From Candidatus Latescibacterota bacterium (GTDB lineage: Bacteria > Latescibacterota > UBA2968 > UBA8231), in the NCBI GenBank assembly GCA_965248355.1, contig OZ252098.1, positions 3,232,001-3,296,000 of the forward strand: 64,000 nt of DNA. Reading direction: 5' to 3'. Under the pieces are notes generated by a model. The model did not search any database, was not told the DNA's origin, and was given only the letters and a program-made list of their open reading frames with translations. The stretch's first letter is position 1. Each line of letters opens with the position of its first letter. Shown piece by piece: positions 60,127 to 64,000 of the stretch. Made by a program: the position numbers and the translations under genes.

Positions 60127-61608
60127 TCAGAAGCGCTCGAGCTCGGCGAAGGGCAGGCGGCCCCCCTGCACGTGCATGCGGCCTTCGGCGCAGGTTCGCA
60201 GTCTCGGGTAGACCTTGCCCGGGTTGAGGACGGCCTCCGGGTCGAAGGCGCGCTTCAGCTCCTCCTGCAGGTCGAGCTCGTCGTCGGACAGCTGGCAGGG
60301 CATGAGATCCATCTTCTCCACCCCGATGCCGTGCTCGCCGGAGAGCACGCCGCCGACCTCGACGCACAGCTTCAGGATCTCCCCGCCGAGCTCCTCGGCC
60401 CGCTCGAGCTCACCGGCGCTGCTGTCGTAGAGCACCAGGGGGTGCAGGTTGCCGTCGCCGGCGTGGAAGACGTTGGCCACGCGCAGGCCGTAGACCTCGG
60501 ACAGGTGGGCGATCCGTTCCAGCACCTCGGGGAGCCGTCCCCGGGGGATGGTGCCGTCCATGCAGTAGTAGTCGGGGCTGATCCGGCCCATGGCGGGGAA
60601 GGCCGCCTTGCGGCCGGCCCACAGCCGCTGCCGCTCCTCGGGCGAGTCCGCCCGGCGCACCTCCGGGGAGCCGGCGTCGCGCACGAGCCGCTCCACGGCG
60701 GCGATCTGCTCGTCCACCTCGGCGGCGGGGCCGTCCACCTCCACCAGCAGCAGGGACTCCACACCGAGGGGGTAGCCGCAACCGAGGAAGTCCTCCACGG
60801 CCTCGATGGACAGGCGGTCCATGATCTCCATGCCCGCGGGGACGAGGCCGGACCCGATGATGGCGGCCACGGCGCCTCCGGCGGCGGCCACCGAGTCGAA
60901 GACGGCCATCAGCGCCCGCGCCGACTCCGGCTTCGGCAGGATGCGCAGAGTCGCCCGGGTGATCACGCACAGAAGCCCCTCCGAGCCCGTGAACAGGGCG
61001 AGCAGGTCGTACCCGGCCCGCTCCAGGGCCCCCGAGCCGATGTCGACGATCTCGCCGTCGGAGAGCACGACTTGCAGACCGAGGAGGTTGTTCGTCGTGG
61101 TGCCGTACTTCAGGCAGTGCACGCCGCCGGCGTTCTCGGCCACGTTGCCGCCGATGGTGCAGGCGATCTGGCTCGATGGATCGGGGGCGTAGTAGAAGCC
61201 GTGGGGTGCCACCGCGTGGGTGACCGAGAGATTGGGAACACCCGGCTCGACGGTGACGGTGCGGTTCTCGGCGTCCACGTGGAGGACGCGGTTCATCCTC
61301 GCCGTGCTGAGGACGATGCCGTCCCCCAGCGGCAGGGCGCCCCCGGAGAGCCCGGTGCCGGCGCCCCAGGGGACGACCGGGATGTCGAGCTCCGTGCAGG
61401 CGCGCAGCAGCTCGGAGACCTGCTCGGCCGATGTCGGCAGGGCCACGGCCAGGGGCGCCTGGCGGTAGGCGGACAGGCCGTCGCACTCGTAGGCCACCAG
61501 GTCCTCCGGCCGGTGGATGAGACCTCCCTCGTCGACGAGCCGCCGCAGGCGCCGCACGAGGTCGGAGCGCCTGGCCAGACGCTGCGGCTGCGGCTCGGCC
61601 AGGTTCAT
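60127..61608 (-). CDS. glcD: Glycolate oxidase subunit GlcD (FAD-linked oxidase)
   Basis: YECDG, GAGTGLSGG, PDPSSQIACTIGGNVAENAGG, HAGDGNLHP, GEHGIGVEK. Confidence 0.9.
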   Translation of the reverse strand: MNLAEPQPQRLARRSDLVRRLRRLVDEGGLIHRPEDLVAYECDGLSAYRQAPLAVALPTSAEQVSELLRACTELDIPVVPWGAGTGLSGGALPLGDGIVLSTARMNRVLHVDAENRTVTVEPGVPNLSVTHAVAPHGFYYAPDPSSQIACTIGGNVAENAGGVHCLKYGTTTNNLLGLQVVLSDGEIVDIGSGALERAGYDLLALFTGSEGLLCVITRATLRILPKPESARALMAVFDSVAAAGGAVAAIIGSGLVPAGMEIMDRLSIEAVEDFLGCGYPLGVESLLLVEVDGPAAEVDEQIAAVERLVRDAGSPEVRRADSPEERQRLWAGRKAAFPAMGRISPDYYCMDGTIPRGRLPEVLERIAHLSEVYGLRVANVFHAGDGNLHPLVLYDSSAGELERAEELGGEILKLCVEVGGVLSGEHGIGVEKMDLMPCQLSDDELDLQEELKRAFDPEAVLNPGKVYPRLRTCAEGRMHVQGGRLPFAELERF

Positions 61609-62639
61609 CCCGCCGGTCTTCCTTCCAGCTCGAGGCCCAGCTCTCCGGCGTAGGCGAAGAGAGCCGGCGTGCCTCCGGTATGCACGAAGACGACGGTCTG
61701 ATCCGGCGTCCACCAGCCGGCGCGCGCGTGGGCGACGAGGCCGGCCATGGCCTTGCCCGTGTAGCAGGGGTCGAGGACGAGCCCCTCGCTGCGGGCGACC
61801 AGCCGCAGGGCCTCCCGACTGCCCTCGGTGACCACCCCGTACGCCGGGCCGACGAAGTCGGAGTAGCTCTCGATGTCTTCGGGACCGACCTCGATGTCGA
61901 GATCGAGGATGCGGCAGTGCTCGGCGGCGAGCCGGGCCATGCCCCTCGCCGCCTCGCCGTCGTCCCGCGGGCTCGGGCTGATGCCGACGAAACGCAGAGA
62001 CAGTCCGAGGGCACGCGCCGCCACTACCATGCCGGTATGGGTGTGGGCGCCGGAGCAGACGTACACGGCGTGCGGCCGCACGCCGCGCTCCTGCAGCTGC
62101 GCCCACAGCTCGAGAAAGCCGTCGACGTAGGCGATACCCCGGTAGACCCCTCCGTCGGAGCTGGTGTTGAAGGGCTTGTGCCCCGCGGTGCGCAGGCGCG
62201 CCAGGGTCGCCTCCAGGGCGGCACCCTGCTCGGCCACCGGCGGCAGTTGCACCTCGGCGCCGAACAGGTGGGACAGGAGCAGGTTGCCCTGGGGCTGGGA
62301 GTGGGCGTCGGCGCGGCCCACCTGCACCGCCTTCATGCCCAGCCGGGCCGCGACGGCCGCCGTCTGGCGCGACTGGTTCGACTGCGCCGCGGCGGCGTGG
62401 ACGAGGACGTCGCATCCGGCCTCCACCGCCTGGGCGATGGAGTACTCGAACTCCCGGATCTTGTTGCCGCCGAACGCCAGGCCCGTAAGGTCCTCGCGCT
62501 TCATCCAGATGCGGGGCCCGCCGACCGCCTGCGACAGCCGCGGCAGATCGTCGAGGGGGGTGGGCAGGGCGGCCAGCCGCAGCCGCGGCAGCCGATCCAG
62601 CCGTTCGCGCAGTTGCTCAGGCGTGTAGGTCGTCGTCAT
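61605..62639 (-). CDS. PLP-dependent D-cysteine desulfhydrase family protein
   Basis: KREDLTG..GGNKIR, QSNQ, GN..L, LDPCYTGKA, HTGG; stop overlaps the glcD start. Confidence 0.85.
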   Translation of the reverse strand: MTTTYTPEQLRERLDRLPRLRLAALPTPLDDLPRLSQAVGGPRIWMKREDLTGLAFGGNKIREFEYSIAQAVEAGCDVLVHAAAAQSNQSRQTAAVAARLGMKAVQVGRADAHSQPQGNLLLSHLFGAEVQLPPVAEQGAALEATLARLRTAGHKPFNTSSDGGVYRGIAYVDGFLELWAQLQERGVRPHAVYVCSGAHTHTGMVVAARALGLSLRFVGISPSPRDDGEAARGMARLAAEHCRILDLDIEVGPEDIESYSDFVGPAYGVVTEGSREALRLVARSEGLVLDPCYTGKAMAGLVAHARAGWWTPDQTVVFVHTGGTPALFAYAGELGLELEGRPAG

Positions 62640-62710
62640 CTCGGTGGATCCTCCGGTGCTGTCGAATCTATTGCGCCTGCTGGGGAAGCCACAACCGCGC
62701 AGACACCCTC

Positions 62711-62752
62711 TTGCCATGCGTAACTACATGCTTTATCTTAATGTTACGTCAT
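62711..62752 (+). promoter_or_regulatory. Putative sigma-70 promoter with an overlapping inverted repeat
   Basis: TTGCCA-N17-TATCTT; CGTAAC / GTTACG arms flank the -10 in an AT-rich divergent intergenic region. Confidence 0.5.
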
Positions 62753-62856
62753 GCCACGGGGCGCCCGCGGAGCCCGGAATTCACCGCCGGCGCCTGAGAA
62801 TCAGGCCACCCATGCCCCCCGCCCAGGCCCCGACCCGCCCCGGAAAGAGTTGATCG

Positions 62857-64000
62857 ATGGACCTCCTCGAGCCCATCTCGCCGGTCCTCGATCCCCACCT
62901 CCGCCGCGAGTTGCAGCCCGGCGAGCTGCTGCTGGCGCTGCTGGCGACCGACCTCGACCTCGACGGCCGCTACGGCGAGAACTGGCTCGCCCTGACCGAC
63001 GAGCGCATCCTGGTGCTGCAGGCCAACGGCGGCGCCCCCGAGGTGCGGAGCTGGCAGCTGGAGCAGGTGCGCCGCATCCAGACCCGCAGCCACGTGGGCA
63101 GCGGCTCCCTCCTTCTGGAGATGCCCGACGGCACCCACGAGCTGGTGCGCTTCTCCCAGGGCAACTACTTCAAGTTCTCCGCCGTGCCCCAGGCCGTCGA
63201 GGCGGCCAAGGCGGAGCCGGTGGAAGCCGACGACGGGCAGGCGCAGGAGGCGATCCCCCCCCGCCGGGTCGAGCACTGCGAGAGCTGCGGCCGGGCACTC
63301 AGACCGGGCTCGAAGGTCTGCCCCCACTGCATCCGCAAGCGGGAGACCTTCTGGCGCCTGTTCTCCTACGTAAGGCCATACAGGAACACGGCCATTCTCG
63401 GCTTCCTCCTGACCGTGTGCATGACCGGCGTGAGCCTGCTGCCGCCGCAACTGAACCGGATCCTCATCAACGATGTCATCACGCCGGTCCTCGTGGCCCG
63501 GGGGGAGTCGCCGCCCGAGGGGCCCCTGGTGCCCCCGGCGGAGAGCGTGACCCTGCTCGCCATGGTCGTTCTCGGCCTGCTGGGCGTCCACTTCGGGCGC
63601 ATGATCCTCAACGGGGCCCGCACCTGGACCCTCGGATGGCTGGGCCAGCGCGTCACCTACGACCTGCAGATCGAGATCTTCAACTACCTGCAAGCCCTGT
63701 CCCTGTCCTTCTACTCCCGCCACAGCACCGGCCGCATCATGACCCGCGTCACCCAGGACACGGAGCGCATGCGGGACTTCATCACCACCGGATTCCAGGA
63801 CCTGCTGGTGGCCCTGCTGACCCTCGTGGGAATCGGCATCGCCCTGGTCTGGATGAACTGGGAGCTGGCCCTGCTGGCCCTGTTGCCGACGCCGGTCATG
63901 CTCTTCGTCACTTCGATGTACCGCAAGCGGATCCACTGGGTCTTCCACTCCATCTGGCGGAGAGTCGCCGACCTGAACGGCCAGCTGGCCGACACCATTC
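62857..64000 (+). CDS. ABC transporter (exporter-type TM domain) with N-terminal extension and zinc ribbon; partial, runs off the window
   Basis: Open frame from ATG 62857 (MDLLEPISP..), absent from the ORF track because it has no stop. CESC..CPHC, then WRLFSYVRPY, YLQALSLSFY..TGRIMTRVTQD. Confidence 0.88.
   Translation, partial: MDLLEPISPVLDPHLRRELQPGELLLALLATDLDLDGRYGENWLALTDERILVLQANGGAPEVRSWQLEQVRRIQTRSHVGSGSLLLEMPDGTHELVRFSQGNYFKFSAVPQAVEAAKAEPVEADDGQAQEAIPPRRVEHCESCGRALRPGSKVCPHCIRKRETFWRLFSYVRPYRNTAILGFLLTVCMTGVSLLPPQLNRILINDVITPVLVARGESPPEGPLVPPAESVTLLAMVVLGLLGVHFGRMILNGARTWTLGWLGQRVTYDLQIEIFNYLQALSLSFYSRHSTGRIMTRVTQDTERMRDFITTGFQDLLVALLTLVGIGIALVWMNWELALLALLPTPVMLFVTSMYRKRIHWVFHSIWRRVADLNGQLADTI

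Noticed and set aside
61605..62639. ACC deaminase (acdS) call
   Set aside because: Diagnostic positions are T/T (YTGK, HTGG) rather than the E/L of true ACC deaminases.

Overview
GC-rich bacterial chromosomal window (about 70% GC by eye) with about 45 protein genes and one tRNA. The gene repertoire suggests an FCB-superphylum organism such as Latescibacterota or Gemmatimonadota, possibly a marine host-associated lineage. This rests on FlgD-Ig/T9SS-like tails, a FadL/PorV-like barrel, a type-2 IleRS, and ankyrin and Calx-beta proteins, and it is inference only. Left end (1-3754): an eroded island at the 3' end of tRNA-Leu(CAA), made of an IS1182-like transposase relic fused to an internally deleted YprA/DUF1998-type helicase, plus an intact IS630. 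Next come a nfeD-nfeD-floA operon, a sigma-54 two-component pair, a divergent rpoZ, oxidoreductases, a tandem-YjbQ protein, tal, a 2-phosphoglycerate-kinase-like gene, bactofilin and tsaE. An outer-membrane cluster follows (YjbH-like and FadL/PorV-like barrels, a Gly/Tyr-rich lipoprotein, and a convergent TPR lipoprotein / peptidase-MA-PD40-Omp85 / lipoprotein operon). The accessory block at 31.4-46.7 kb holds an S8 protease-IPT/TIG gene broken by an IS5 and a frameshift, msrP, an ankyrin protein, and a second sigma-54 module whose UAS, IHF sites and -24/-12 promoter precede a decayed adhesin. The right part is housekeeping: rluD, lspA, dksA-like, ileS, yggT, yggS, secDF, apbE, a polyprenyl synthase, glcDE, a D-cysteine desulfhydrase family gene and a partial ABC transporter. 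The best novel lead is that two unrelated exported proteins end in an identically spaced motif AVxxx(S/T)WGR(I/L)Kxxxxx-stop, a candidate C-terminal sorting signal, in a window that also encodes an uncharacterised Omp85-protease operon. No CRISPR array or rRNA was seen. All family calls come from reading motifs by eye; no searches were run.
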